This document shows positions 63,929 through 64,000 of a DNA stretch of 64,000 bases, piece by piece. Made by a program: the position numbers and the translations under genes. The notes under the pieces are model-generated. The model was not told where the DNA came from. It did not search any database and saw only the letters and a list, made by a program, of their open reading frames with translations. The first letter of the stretch is position 1. Each line of letters starts with the position of its first letter. Source of the DNA: Spizellomyces punctatus DAOM BR117 (taxonomy: Eukaryota); the NCBI GenBank assembly GCA_000182565.2, contig KQ257454.1; one strand, given 5' to 3'.

Positions 63929-64000
63929 TAACTAGTGATATAGATCTATCTTTTGACGGGTGGAGCGATACGCTTAGTGTTTCACAAGGATCTTCCTTTT

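Noticed and set aside
1..64000. U12-type (AT-AC/GTATCCTT) introns and selenocysteine read-through
   Set aside because: The introns I reconstructed are GT-AG U2-type, and apparent in-frame stops in intact genes resolve as introns; not every junction was checked

Overview
Gene-dense, intron-rich eukaryotic DNA. Short (~55-75 nt) GT-AG introns with CTAAC-type branch points and fungal-type proteins suggest an early-diverging fungus, possibly a chytrid (inference from gene content, not a database hit). I reconstructed about 32 spliced protein genes by eye, mostly housekeeping: ZC3H3/Red5-like, NOL9/GRC3, MED22, MTD1, DNA2, NDUFB9, MEA1-like, SNF2 helicase, SVF1, 2OG-Fe(II) oxygenase, RPT6, RVS167, FtsJ-type MTase, GEMIN2, C2H2 TF, NOC4, RSM7, ATP14, FHA-forkhead TF, SKI8/WDR61, DCAF7, RPS27, PPIL4, GEP4, pICln, an HMG-box gene and COPA. 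There is also one intron-containing tRNA-Asp(GUC) and two assembly gaps. No CRISPR array, rRNA or intact transposon is visible. The most unusual elements are an intronless repeat-built surface protein downstream of a G25 tract, a hairpin-rich intergenic segment at 16.6-16.9 kb, hairpins in unusually long first introns (RPS27, ATP14, RPT6), microexons splitting SNF2 motifs, a ~315-bp inverted-repeat element and a divergent HMG-box gene. I cannot demonstrate a new system from sequence alone; these are leads. CDS coordinates span start to stop including introns and were read manually.
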